A DNA stretch of 64,000 nt from Octopus sinensis (GCF_006345805.1 NC_043018.1:18910001-18974000); one strand, 5' to 3'. Shown: positions 38,233 to 52,058, counted from the first letter of the stretch. The notes: a model not told the origin generated them from the sequence alone. Numbers and translations: made by a program.

Positions 38233-38451
38233 CCCTTTAGTATTTAAACCGGCCATATCTGGCCAAAATAGTTAATCTGTTTTATGTTCAAACTGACCAG
38301 ATCCAGGCTCTCACACCTACCCTACAATGTTATTCTACATTAAGTAATTACACCATCAAGATCTTGAAGATATGAGATAATGCATGATTAATTCAAATCA
38401 ATGGGAATCAATAGGCATTATGTCTGATTGAATAATCTGAACACTAAAGGG
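38233..38451. mobile_element. piggyBac-type MITE
   Basis: TTAA|CCCTTTAGT ... ACTAAAGGG|TTAA. Confidence 0.85.
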
Positions 38452-39384
38452 TTAAAAGAAGTTTGTTTTACCAAACTAAAGGTGATCTCAGGTGAGTATG
38501 TATCAAGAGTTGCAGTTCTCAAGTCCAGTTCTGTGGACTGTATGCAGCCCCTCAACCATTTGCTTCTATAAATAAATTTTTCTTTAATTAATTTGTGTTT
38601 CACATTTATTTAATTATTTTTGGTGTGGCCCCCTAAAAAAATTCAGGTTTTGGATCTGATCTGCATATTAAAAGTTTCACTGATCTAGTGGGTTAAGAGA
38701 TATTTCAAGTTTGTATCAAAATGAGTTTTGTTCAAGAATCTCACCAAGTTAGCCAGATAGTCATTATCTATACAGTGCTCCTGTTGCTTAGAGTGATTAT
38801 CTGTATTTACTGATAGAATACCTTCTCAAGGATTAAACCATTTCACAATAATTACACCACAGTTACTCTATCTCATGACAGAACAAAAGGGAATTACCAA
38901 CAACACCTTTAAAGAAGATGATACATTCTTGTTAATAGCTGTTAAACAAATGAGTTGGTGTTATTATCACAGTTTAACAACAAGATTTGGTATTAAACAA
39001 ATCTAGTCTGCTTTTAATTTAACTTATCAAAGAAAACAAATGAATATTAATTAATATGGAAACAATAGATAAATGTGTTTCTTTCAATCTTATGGAAGAT
39101 CACGTACGTGAGATAAGAAAAACTGTGACGAGATAACAAATACATAGTAATTGTTTTAACAATCTGTTTTGTCTCTAGGCAGCCTAAGGAATGGTTTTAG
39201 TGCTTAGGGTCTTTCCAAACCATTGGGGGATGAAGAATAGCATGATGTTTGTGTGCATGATATAATGTGGGTTATGCCTATGATGCATACAAAGTTCCGC
39301 TCCAAGGCACAAGTCCGAGTAAGGCTGTTTATGGAAGACCAGCAGTCGCCCATGCATACCGGCCTCCCTTCTCCACACCACTGA

Positions 39385-39560
39385 CGTTTTCCAAGGGAAA
39401 GGCAAAGGGGCTGATACAACTCATTTCTACAGCTGAGTGAACTGAAGCAACATGAAATAAAGTGTCTTGCTCAAGAACACAACACGCAGCCCAATCCGGG
39501 AATCGAACTCACAACCTCACAATTGTAAGCTCGACGCTCTAACCACTGAGCCATGCGCCT
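39385..39560 (-). mobile_element. tRNA-derived SINE (family F)
   Basis: A box TGGCTCAGTGG and B box GAGTTCGATTCC on the minus strand. Related copies at ~15755, ~55860 and ~63370. Confidence 0.8.
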
Positions 39561-39862
39561 CCACACATACATCTATATACTTACTAATATATGGGCATGG
39601 CTGTGTGGTTAGGGAGCTCGCTTCCTAGCTACATGGTTTCGGGTTCAGTCCCACTGCGTGGCACTTTGGGTAGGTGTGTTCCGCTATAACCCCGAGCCGA
39701 CCGGAGCTTTGTGATTGAATTCGGTAGGCGGAAGTTACTGCCGTGTGTGTATGTGTGCGTATAGCTGCTCAGTGCCTCTCCGAAAGAGAGAGAGGGAAAC
39801 ATACACATATACACATGTATATATACACACACATTTATATATACCTACTGATATAGTGGTAT

Positions 39863-39898
<36 letters not shown>

Positions 39899-40314
39899 GA
39901 GGAAACATACTGATGATAAACATCTGACGATTTTCTCTTTGAAATTGGTTCGTTACATTCTCTAATGTAACGAAAGATCTTTGCCATTAATTCCTAATTC
40001 CAACACTTTGTCAAAGAACTTAAGATACCTTACAAAATTCTGCAAGATCAAGGTCTGTCTTTGACTGAATTTGTAGATACAACAATTATAATGACCTGCT
40101 TCCACCATTGCAAATAAAACCTCCTCTTCACACACCAACCCCATCCAACAAACGTTTTTTTTCTTTTCTTTTCTTCGTGTCAGCAAAATAATTAGAGAAA
40201 GTGAGGATTACTCTGGCTTCACGAATCTCTCTTCCTCCTTCTGTAAATCTGGTCAAGATATTTGTCGAACATGAATATCAACACTTGAAAATGACCGGGG
40301 GGGGGTGAGGTGGA

Positions 40315-40346
40315 AAGGGAGGGAGAGACAGAGAGAGAGACACGGG

Positions 40347-40388
<42 letters not shown>

Positions 40389-40642
40389 AGAGAGAGAGAG
40401 AGAAAAAGAGAGGGGAGAGAGATAGAAAGGGAGAGAGGACGGAGAGGGAGAGAGATAAGGGAAGAAAGAGAGAAGGGGCGAGGGGGAGAGAGAGAAGGGG
40501 AGAGAGAAGGGGAGAGGGGAGAGAGGAGGGAGAGGGAGAGAGATAAGGGGAGAGGGGAGAGAGGAGGGAGAGGGGAGAGAGAAAGAGAGTGGGGATTGAG
40601 AGAAAGAGAGAGGGGAGAGAAAGAGACAGATAGATGGACAGG

Positions 40643-40676
<34 letters not shown>

Positions 40677-40812
40677 ATGTGTAGGGATTAGGAAATAAAG
40701 AACAAGAAATTAGGAGAGAAGAGAGAGGGAGAGAGAGAGAGAGAAAGGCAGGGAGAGCTGGGGGAAAGGAGAAGTGGTAGGGAGAAGGGGAGGAGGGAGA
40801 AGAGGAAGGGCA
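40315..40812. repeat. Polypurine (GA)-rich tract with (TA)n
   Basis: About 430 bp of almost pure A/G (from ~40387), preceded by (TA)n. Confidence 0.95.
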
Positions 40813-41247
40813 GGTATGACTTTAATGTTGTTGACTGAACTATTTGCATAATTTCAAAGTGTAAAACTTTCTTCTGCGGTGGCCACACAATCACATCGTC
40901 ACGAACACCGAACCCCTCCCATCAGAGACAGACACCACACACACCACACCACACCACACCACACCAGCACTGATGTTACAAACTCAGGAATAATGTCACC
41001 AAGTTTAAATAAACAACAAATCTGTTACATTCAGACCCCTCTCCCTCCCACCCACTCACTCCCACCGCCACAGAATTTCTTGATGACGATGACGATGACG
41101 CTGATGATGATGATGGTGGTGCTGGTGGTTATTCAAAAAGGAAGAAAATGTGACAATGATTTTGCGCTGGTTAAAAATAAAATAAGACTAACAAAACAAA
41201 CACACAACACGGGGAGGGGAGAGGATTAATGAAAATACCCAAGACCA

Positions 41248-41442
41248 CCCGACAGAGCAGATTATTCTGCTATCATTCATATATGTCACCCACATAAACC
41301 CCTTCTGCTTAATCCTTTAAATTTTTCCTCTTTAAAATGAAACCCCGACAGAACAGATTATTCTGCTATCATTCATATATGTCACCCACATAAACCCCTT
41401 CTGCTTAATCCTTTAAATTTTTCCTCTTTAAAATGAAACCCC
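41248..41442. repeat. 96-bp tandem duplication
   Basis: CCCGACAGA(G/A)CAGATTATTCTGC...AAAATGAAA occurs twice. Confidence 0.9.
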
Positions 41443-41721
41443 CCCTCGGACATTCTCCCAGTCCATTTTTTTTTTCTTTCAAAGGTCAAAGAAAACATCG
41501 GCCTCACCTATTTGAGAAGGTCTGAAAAATGATAAGGGTACTTATATAGACTTCCTTTAGTAGTAGAACATATGCATACATTTTATGTATACGTGTGTGT
41601 ATGTGCACACATTATTATATATGTGCACTCCTACTCTTTACTCTTTAACTTGTTTCAGTCATTTGAATATATATGAGCATGTCTAGATATGCAACTATAT
41701 GCGTGAGAATACGTACATTAA

Positions 41722-42669
41722 CCCTTTCATTACCAACCCAGCAGAAACCGGCTCTGGCTCTGTAGTACAAATGTCTTGTTTTCATAAGTTTTGAATTAAA
41801 ATCTTCCACCAAACCTTAGTCACAATTTATGTTCCTAACACTAGCTGAATGATAACTAAGTTATTTTACTAAATTCTTTGTTATATTTAAAATAAATTGA
41901 ATGAAACAGAAAGCATCTCAACAGCAAAATGGTAACAAAAGGGTTAAAATATATAATAGAGAAACAATTCTTAACCCTTTTGATACCAACCCGACTGAAA
42001 CTGGCTCTGGCTCTGAGTACAAATGTCTTGTTTCCAAAGTTTTGAATTAAAATCTTCCACCAAAACTTAGTCACAATTTATGTTCCTAACACTAGCTGAA
42101 TGATAACTAAGTTATTTTACTAAATTCTTTGTTATATTTAAAATAAATTGAATGAAACAGAAAGCATCTCAACAGCAAAATGGTAACAAAAGGGTTAAAA
42201 TATATAATAGAGAAACAATTCTTAACCCTTTTGATACCAACCCGACTGAAACTGGCTCTGGCTCTGAGTACAAATGTCTTGTTTCCATAAGTTTTGAATT
42301 AAAATCTTCCACCAAACCTTAGTCACAATTTATGTTCCTAACACTAGCTGAATGATAACTAAGTTATTTTACTAAATTCTTTGTTATATTTAAAATAAAT
42401 TGAATGAAACAGAAAGCATCTCAACAGCAAAATGGTAACAAAAGGGTTAAAATATATAATAGAGAAACAATTCTTAACCCTTTTGATACCAACCCGACTG
42501 AAACTGGCTCTGGCTCTGAGTACAAATGTCTTGTTTCCATAAGTTTTGAATTAAAATCTTCCACCAAACCTTAGTCACAATTTATGTTCCTAACACTAGC
42601 TTTAATGATAACTAAGTTATTTTACCAAATTCTGCAGTGCATCTCAAAATAAATACAGTAACGAAAGGG
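41722..42669. mobile_element. Tandem array of four TTAA-flanked piggyBac-type MITEs
   Basis: Copies at 41722-41943, 41975-42194, 42226-42446 and 42478-42669. Each is TTAA|CCCTTT...AAAGGG|TTAA, with an identical 23-bp spacer between copies. Confidence 0.92.
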
Positions 42670-44404
42670 TTAAACATATATTAAAATGATAAACTTCTGG
42701 AAAGTTTTACAGATTTTTACAGTTCCTGTGATGGATTAGATCTGTAGTCTTCAAATTAGCTTTCTCCTTTCTGGTTTTGAGAAACCTAATTTATCAAGAA
42801 TCTGCATAGAGTAACTGTAGATTTCTCAATAGTTCAGCATAGGTGTAGATATATATATATATTGTTGTGTGTGTGTGTGTGTGTGTGTGTGTACACATAT
42901 AAATTTTATTGTGGATCCTCTTCTTTGACCTTGCTGTTATAGTTGGCCAACAAGGAGCACTGGACGCCTGACAGCATTGCTCTCAGAATCTCTGAAACAC
43001 ACAAGTCTTCTGCTGTTACAAAGAACATCCATCAAAGTAAAACTAGGAAAGTGAAGCTGAGAAAGGACCATTCCAACAGGTGGAATTCCATTACCACTGG
43101 AATTGATCTTTTTCCAAAGTCAATAAAAAAAGTTGAAGGAAATACTAAAGAACCCAAGATATAGCAAGAACAACAACAACAACCCTTCCTTGGCATTGTT
43201 GTTCCTTCTCATTTTAAGCAAGAATTGGCATTTTCAGTCATCAATGCCATCACCAAGATGGAACCACTAAATCAGGAGAAAACTGAAATCCTCAGACATG
43301 AGAAATGGTCACCACCAACAATTATCATCATCATCATCATCATCATCTTCGTTTAGCGTCCGCTTTCCATGCTGGCATGGGTTGGACGGTTCAACTGGGG
43401 TCTGGGAAGCCAGAAGGCTGCACCAGTCAGATCTGGCAATGTTTCTACGGCTGGATGCCCTTCCTAACGCCAACCACTCCGTGAGTGTAGTGGGTGCTTT
43501 TTACGTGCCACCGGCACAGGTGCCAGACGAGGCTGGCAAATGGCTACGATCAGATGGTGCTTTTTACATGCCACCGGCACACTTTATATATTTTTGTATG
43601 ACCACCTTCCCTGTACATAACTCCCTGTCCCCCTACATGGCCTTGCTTTTGCTTTTTGAGCCAATAAAAATTGAATTGAATTGAATTGAATATAAATGGT
43701 TATGTGTTTAAAAGCATACTTCTTATCCATGTGGTCTTAGGTCCAGTCCCACCTCATAGAACCTTGGGCAAGTGTCTTCTACTATCGCCTCAGGCTGACC
43801 AAAGCCTCGTGAGTGGATTTGGTAGACGGAAACTGAAAGAAGCCCATTGTATATATATGTGTGTGTGTATGTGTGTGTATGTGTGTGTGTATGTGTGTGT
43901 GTGTGTGTGTGTCTGTGTTTGTCCCCCCACCATCACTTGACAACCAAAGACGGTGTGCTTACTTTCACATAACTTAGCAGTGTGGCAAAAGATACAGATA
44001 GAATAAGTACTAGGCTTACAAAGAATAAGTCCTGGGGTCGATTAGTTTGACTAAAGGCGGTGTTCCAGCATGGCCACAATCAAATGACTGAAACAAGTAA
44101 AAGAAAAACAGAGAATAAAAGAATGTGTATGTGCATATACAAATGAATGGCCCCTTGCTTTGATCTTATGTGATTGCTGTAAATGAGCATCACCATCATA
44201 CAAGCAGTGTTGTTCGTGTCCAGTCTACCATGAAAAACATGTCTGGCCATGGGGAAGCATCGCCTTGCTTGGAAACAGGTGAGGGTTGGTGACAGGGAAG
44301 GCATCCAACAGTAAAAAAATTAACCTCAAAAGATTCTGTCTGACCCACCACAGAAAAAAAATGATATTATTTGATGATGATGATGATAGATATTATTTGA
44401 TGAT

Positions 44405-44790
44405 GATGAGGGCACGTAACAAACACCATCCGATCGTGGCCGTTCGCCAGCCTCGTCTGGCACCTGTGTCGGTGGCACATAAAAAACACCATCCGAGCGT
44501 GGCCGTCTGCCAGCCTCGTCTGGCACCTGTGTCGGTGGCACATAAAAAACACCATCCGAGCGTGGCTGTTCGCCAGCCTCGTCTGGCACCTGTGTCGGTG
44601 GCACATAAAATCACCCACTACACTCTCGGAGTGGTTGGCATTAGGAAGGGCATCCAGCTGTAGAAACACTGCCAGATCTGACTGGCCTGGTGCAGCCTTC
44701 GGGCTCCCCAGATCCCAGTTGAACCGTCCAACCCATGCTAGCATGGAAAACGGACGTTAAACGATGATGATGATGATGATGATGGTGATG
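44405..44790 (+). mobile_element. Family D element with three tandem 63-bp subunits
   Basis: CACCATCCGAGCGTGGC...GTGGCACATAAAAA occurs three times, followed by the D tail and (GAT)n. Confidence 0.9.
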
Positions 44791-45859
44791 ATGATGGTGA
44801 TGATACACACCACATCCGTGTGTCTACAAAACAAAAGTATTATCAATACATGATGTGGAATTCCAATTTATTAGAAAACGGTGAATCACAACATCATTAC
44901 TCAGAATTCCATACGTGACACATATCTCTGATCTATCTGACATCATTCTGAATAATTAAGGCAATGTCCTGGCAGACTCGTTAGCATGCCAGGTAAAATG
45001 CTTAGAGAAATTTCATCCATTTTTACATTATGAGTTCGAATTCCACCGAGGTCAGCTTTGCTTTTCATCCTTTCAGGGCCAATAAAATAAATACCAGTTG
45101 AGTACTGGGTCGATGTAATTGACTTGGCACCTCCCCACAAATTTCAGGCCTTGTGCCTATAGCAGAACAGAATATTCTCAATAATTAGGGCATTGAGCTG
45201 GCAGAATCGTCAGCATGCTGGGCAAAATGCTTGGTAAGCATTTTGATGGTCTTGACGTTCTGAGTTCAAATTCCGCTGACATCAACTTTGCCTTTCATCC
45301 CTTTGGGGTCGATAAAATAAGTACAAGTTGAACACTGGGGTTGATATAATTGATTTAACCCCAAACCCCCACCCCAGAGTTGCTGGCCTTGTGCCAAAAT
45401 TTGAAACCAATATATTCTGAATAATTATGTAAAATAACAAATATTGTATCTGTGAGATATTTGTAAGGTCGGTTCTCATTGGTTAAAGCTGGTCACATGA
45501 TAGTATTTCTTGTTGACCTATATATAGCTTCTGTTCTTGTGGAACTGTGATGTAAAAGGAGACAATTCAGTCCAAGCCTGTTGCTGCCAAGGGGAATTTC
45601 TCTGTGGCTCTGACTGAAATATTCTAAAATTGATTCTTACAGATTGTGATCTGTAGACAGTTGGAAATTTGTGCAGAAAGAACATCCTCCATCTGAGCCA
45701 ATTGAACAACGCTGATAATCTCCAAGCAAGAAATGTTGCAGGTTGTTTCAAGGTTTGGAACTGTCATATATTGAACTCCTAATCAATACATAACTAACAC
45801 TGTGCTTCTGTTTTAATAATTAAAAACCACAGTCACATGGCATGCACGAGCTTTATGCG

Positions 45860-45870
45860 AACTTGTCCGT

Positions 45871-45901
<31 letters not shown>

Positions 45902-46067
45902 TATAGATATAATATATATGTATGTATATATATATATATTTATATATATATATATCTATATATATATATATGTATATATATATATTATCTATATATTATA
46001 TATATAATATATATATATATATATTATACTGGATGTTATATATAATATATCTATAGTTATATATATA

Positions 46068-46099
<32 letters not shown>

Positions 46100-46279
46100 G
46101 TAGTATATATTATATATAATTTAGATATATATATATATAGTATATTATATGTATGTATATATATATATATATTTATATAATATTAAAAATATATCTATAT
46201 GTATTTATATATATATATATATATATATATCTATATATATATTATATATATATATATGTATATATGAAATATATATATA
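45860..46279. repeat. Degenerate (TA)n low-complexity tract
   Basis: Seen directly. Confidence 0.95.
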
Positions 46280-46676
46280 CTAGCAGTATCGCCCGGCGTT
46301 GCTCAGGTTTGTAAGGAATAACTACTATAAAGCATTTTTAGAGAGTTATAGCCAAAAAATAGCAAAAAATGCATTAAAAATGGAAAAAAAAAATTATGGT
46401 AAATTTTTTTTTAAATCGTTGACTCATCGTAGACATTGTTAGAGAGTTACTTCCCTTATATTAAAAAAAATATGCATTAAAATGGAATAAAATGATGGTA
46501 AATTATTTTTAAAATCGTAGACTCATCGTAGACGCACGCTAATACCCAGAAGGGCTTGATATGAATCACGACTATAAGATACCCGCTTTTGGTTAAACTG
46601 CACCGCAAAATGTGGGAGTAGTTAGGAATCTAAATCGGAGTAGACAGACACACAACTTCTCTTTTATATATAAAGA
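46280..46676 (-). mobile_element. Non-autonomous Helitron-like element
   Basis: Minus strand reads A|TCTTTATATATAAAAG ... hairpin CCTGAGCAACGCCGGG ... CTAG|T. Confidence 0.8.
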
Positions 46677-47527
46677 TATTAGGATAATAAGAATTATAGA
46701 AATTATTATTACCAGTGGCCTAGCACAAAAAGATTAGTCAATATACTATATATTATTCACATAAAATTATTGTGTACATTAGAGCACATTAAGAGGCTTC
46801 CAAATAGGAAAGCCTTGTGCTAGAAAGAGCAGTAGAATATATATATATATATATTGCAATTAAAATAAATGGGGACACACAATTGATTCCATCATTACAG
46901 GGTCACAGTTGATGTTGTTATCCTTTCTCAAACACTCATCTAGATCCCAGAATCAAAATGAATTCCCAGATATACCATGATGATTCCTACTGGGTCAAAA
47001 AAAAAAGGGTGGGAGGTGACCTTTTGTTCAGTCTCCATATGAGGACAGAGCTGAGTTGATGGATCATGTGGGATTGCTTTATCACTGACCCTTTCTAAAA
47101 GTATGTCCTCCACCCCCTACCATACCTCTGGACTGTACAGAGATGAAGGACGATTCTCTATGTCATACTCTATAAAGGGCCACATATTTTAACAGGAATA
47201 TTCAAGAAGCTTTCCGCCAAGGTCAACTTTGCCTTTCACCCTTTCAGAGTTGATAAATTAAATACCAGTAGTGTACTGGGGTCAATCTAATCGACTGGCC
47301 CCCTCCTCAAAAATATTGGGCCTTGTGCCTAGAGTAGAAAAGAATACTTAAGAAGTTTGGCTTAAACATAAACATTAGCACTAACTTTATGATAGCCAAC
47401 TTCCTTAACACTCGACTTAAAGACAGACACATTCCACTTCTACAGGAAGCTGAATGAGGACACCATTATATTCGCATGAGTGAAAGAGAGAGAGAGAGAG
47501 AGAGAGAGAGTAAATTGCAGCAGTGCC

Positions 47528-47576
<49 letters not shown>

Positions 47577-47664
47577 ATGTGCACCCATATTAACTATTTC
47601 TTCAGTTCTGCTACTACATACCAAGCCTTCACAAAAGTAAAAGAGAGAGAGACAGAAAAATAAA

Positions 47665-48625
47665 AGGAGGTCTGGCGAACCAGATGGCTGCACCAGACTC
47701 CAATCTGATCTGGCAGTGTTTCTACAGCTGGATGCCCTTCCTAACGCCAACCACTCCGAGAGTGTAGTAGAAACTTTTACGTGCCACCAGCACAAGGGCC
47801 GGTCAGGTGGTTCTGGCAACGGCCACGCTCAAATGGTGCCTTTTATGTGCCACCTGCACAGGAGCCAGTCCAGCAGCACTGGCAACGACCTTGCTCGAAT
47901 GTTTTTTCATGTGCCACCAGCACAATTGCCAGTAAGGCAATGCAGGTAACGATCACACACGAATGGTATTTTTTACATACCACCGGCACGGAGACCACCT
48001 TGTTGCTCTGGCAACGATCACATTTATATGGTACTCTTAGCACTCCACTAGCACAGATGCCAGTCACTGAATTTGATTTCGATTTCACTTGCCTTTAGTG
48101 TCCAATGAAGGAAAGGTACGCATAAGTGGGCTGGTTACACCCCAGGCATAGGCCACAAGGTTACGGTCTCACTTGAGCTTGCTGAGTCTTATCAAGCACC
48201 GCATATTTCCAAAGGTCCTGGTCATTAGTCATTACCTCGGTGAGGCCCAATCTTCGAAGGTCATGCTTCACCACCTCATCCCAGGTTTTCCTTGCTCTAC
48301 CTCCTCCACTAGGGTGTGGCACTTTTTCACACAGCTATCCACATCCATTCTTGCCACATGGCCATACCAGCGCAGTAGTCTCTCTTGCACACCACATCTG
48401 ATGCTTCTTAGGTCCAACTTTTCTCTCAAGGTACTTACACTCTTTTGAGTATGCACACTGACATTACACATCCATCGGAGCATACTGGCTTCATTCCTTG
48501 CAAGCTTATGCATGTCCTCAGCAGTCACAGCCCATGTTTCACTGCCATGTAGCATGGTTGTTAATACACATGCGTCATACAGTCTACGTTTTACTCTGAG
48601 CAAGAGGCCCTTTGACACCAGCAGA
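47665..48625 (-). mobile_element. RTE-type LINE 3' end (ORF C-terminus plus family D 3'UTR)
   Basis: Encodes VKRRLYDACVLTTMLHGSETW...RLLRWYGHVARM and runs into D-type UTR repeats. Confidence 0.9.
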
Positions 48626-48640
48626 AATCACTTTGTCACC

Positions 48641-48823
48641 CAGAAATCTGGATGGTTTTATATTTACAGATATTCATTAGTATGTTACATATTTTTATAA
48701 ATCATATACCATATATTAGCGCTTTCGTACACTCTAGAGTGGACAAAAGTGCTGATATATGATTTATAAAAACATGCAACATACTAATGAATATCTGTAA
48801 ATATAAAACCATCCAGATTTCTG
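48641..48823. mobile_element. Fold-back element centred on TCTAGA
   Basis: Arms run from CAGAAATCTGGATGG to CCATCCAGATTTCTG. Confidence 0.8.
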
Positions 48824-49309
48824 AGTACCTCATTTCTTCTAATTATATATATATATATATATATATATAATAATACGGTAAATGGAAGACAGAAGATGGA
48901 AGACACAATTTTTATTAATCACTACAATTGTTTCAAACACTGTGAAACTGACCGTGCTTTACCATGAAGCCATCTGTGTAAGTGACCGTGCTTTACCGTA
49001 CAGCCATCTGGTTCGCCAGACCTCAGTAAGCTACCAGGTATAAACTATTCGTTTTATTATCTAATACACACGCATATATATATAAATGTATATACAACGG
49101 GCTTCTTTCAGTTTCCATCTAGCAAATTCACTCATTATAAATTGGTCAGCCCAGGGCTATAGTAGAAGACACTTGCCCAAAGGGCCATGCAGTGGGACTG
49201 AACCCAAGACCACATGGGTGGAAAGCAGGTTTCTTAACCACACATGTACGTATGCATGCATGCATGCGTATATGCATGCATGCGTGTGTGTGTGTATGCA
49301 TGAACGTAC

Positions 49310-49364
<55 letters not shown>

Positions 49365-49664
49365 TATATAATATATATATATATACACACACACATGTGG
49401 GTATATGTATGCGTGTACATAAATACCTGTCAACATGTGTCCTTACATAACATGTCATTGCTTGGTGCACGTGTGTCGTCGTACATTCATGTGTGGTATA
49501 TACATGTGTAAACACTCAAGAATTTGTATGTGCGTGTGTAAGAGAGAGAGACACAGAGAGTGTGTATGTGTGTGCATGCGTGTGTGTGTGTGTGGGTGGG
49601 TGTGTCGCAGAACACGTGAAAATAATTCACGTTTCAAATCAGAGTGAAGAGAGTCGTGGCCGTG

Positions 49665-49865
49665 AACGTGTGTGTGTGGATTGCGTACGTCCTACGTCTG
49701 TGTCCTTACACCAGTGTGTGTGTGTGTGGATTGCGTACGTCCTACGTCTGTGTCCATACACCAGTGTGTATGTGTGTGTGAATGAAAGAAAGTTGTGTCA
49801 GCATGTCACTACGTAATTGCATCAGCGTATCCGAGTGTGAAAGATAGTATACCAAAACATCCAGT

Positions 49866-49908
<43 letters not shown>

Positions 49909-50036
49909 AGAAAGACAGAGAGTGTAACGGAATGACACAGGAAAAGGGTGTGTATGTGTGTGTATATATATATATATATTTGAGAAAGACAAAGAGTGTA
50001 ACGGAATGACACAGGAAAAGGGTGTGTATCTGTGTG
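49665..50036. repeat. Short tandem duplications (~52 bp x2; ~65 bp x2) embedded in microsatellites
   Basis: GGATTGCGTACGTCCTACGTCTGTGTCC occurs twice, and GTGTAACGGAATGACACAGGAAAAGGG occurs twice. Confidence 0.85.
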
Positions 50037-51073
50037 TGTCACATAGCGCTCTACTGTACGCTAGATTAAAATGTGTGAATGAAACGGTAGTACTTGAATG
50101 AAACGGCATTGAGAACATTCTTGTATATCCATGTTGCATTCGGGGCTATACGGAATAATAAAGGCTGTTGCTATCTCCTAGCAAAAAATAACAAACAGAC
50201 ACACATTTATACATACATGTACAGACACATATATATGTACGTGTGTGTGAGTCTATGAGAGAGTGTCACTGGTTGGTCTTAGCAGCTGATTTCTGCAATG
50301 CTTGTCTCCATTCACCAAAATATTTTTAAACATCGGAAGATATCAGGCGTGTGTGTGTGTATCTGTATATCTGCATATCTATCTACATAGATATCTTTGT
50401 GAATGTATGAAGTTGTATGTACGTGTATATATGTAAGCAAGTGTTCGATATCTCCCGGTGTCATTTAAGTATACGCGTTTTTTTTTTTCCTATTGATTTC
50501 TCCGTCTATGTTAAGTACACGGGTCTTTCATAAACATAAAAAATAAAATAAGTGTGGCCAGAGTAGTGAAGGTCATCCATTTCTTTCCATTCCGCAGCAC
50601 GTTACTTACTGGTACATATATTTCAAAAGATACCAAGACCCTGCCCCAAACTCTGGCTGATTTACTCAAGATCGAAAAGTGTTGAACCACACCTTACATC
50701 TGGATTTGTTTAGAAGTCTTCAGATTCTGACGTAGACCGAAAACTGAAGAACAGGGGTGTTTTTACTCCACCTTATGCCCTCCCTTACAGTATACAGAAA
50801 TGAATAAAGGTATATCTTTAATTCAGAGAACAAACATTATCACACGTGTTACGTCTGGTGACTTAAACATCAACCACAGATGTCTGTCCTTTCTTAGGCC
50901 CTAAATAAAGCCCCAAAATTGGGAAGATAGATGGACGGATGGATGGATAGATAGACAGACAGACATATTAGAATGAAACTTGCAACATTCGACACCCTTA
51001 TTCTATACGTGCTGCAAATGAAAAAATATATAAAATCCACAAAAACAAAACCAGGGAAAATTATTATAATATA

Positions 51074-51109
<36 letters not shown>

Positions 51110-51686
51110 GGTATTTTAAAGAGAAAGGGCCCGTATAGTTTCTTTATACTTTCATTTTAATTCTACATCAACAATTTAGTGAAGTTGAGTGTCAGCATAT
51201 AATTTTAATGCTGTGGGCTGATATTACATATTGGTTTCATATATTTAAAATGTTCATATATTTAAATTTGGTTGTTTACGCACGCATCTTCTTTAAATAC
51301 AGAGATGGAAAGACGTAGAGTGAAAAACAGCTGTACATGTGAATACATACACACGTTTATTTAAGTGTAACGTTACAGGTAATACGAGTGTATATATAAA
51401 TACACTCAAAATAGTTTGTTTACACTCTAATAACTGTTATATTCAGCTGTTTATATTGGAGAGAGACGGACAGAAGGAAGTGTTGTCAGACATTCCCACA
51501 CATATACGTCTGCATATACACGCCACGCACGAAAGTTTATAGGTATGAGTACCTTCTGAAAGTTATGAGGAAACAAAGTCGGGGAGGGGCACCTTTGCGT
51601 ATGTATACATGTGTGTGTGTTTGTGTAGTTGCTATGTATGTATGTATGTATGTATGTATGAATGTATGCATGTGTAGCAATGAATG

Positions 51687-51741
<55 letters not shown>

Positions 51742-52058
51742 TATATTATGTATGTATGTATGTATGTATGTATGTATGTATGTATGTATGAATGTATGTA
51801 TGTATGTATAATTATGCGTTTCTAAGAGTGTAACACGTTTTTTTTTCTTGCCCTTCATATCCAGCGATGCCGGTTTCGGTTTCAGGCATATATAACAATA
51901 CTGTTACAGTTTCTGTCGAACTATATCCTATATCATAAGATCCCGTCTTTTACTTATTCAATAATTGATATACACGAGAAACATTTACAAAAACTTCCGT
52001 ACGTAACCTACGTAAATGAAACAAAATGCAACAATAACATGAGGCGGAGGGTACACAC

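Noticed and set aside
40212-40283. Candidate minus-strand exon (aag|...|gtaatc) downstream of the pyrimidine tract
   Set aside because: On careful reading all three frames contain stops.
45518-45760. Segment with faint BTB/BACK-like wording (LAQMEDVLSAQISNCLQ)
   Set aside because: It is interrupted by stops and the resemblance is impressionistic only.
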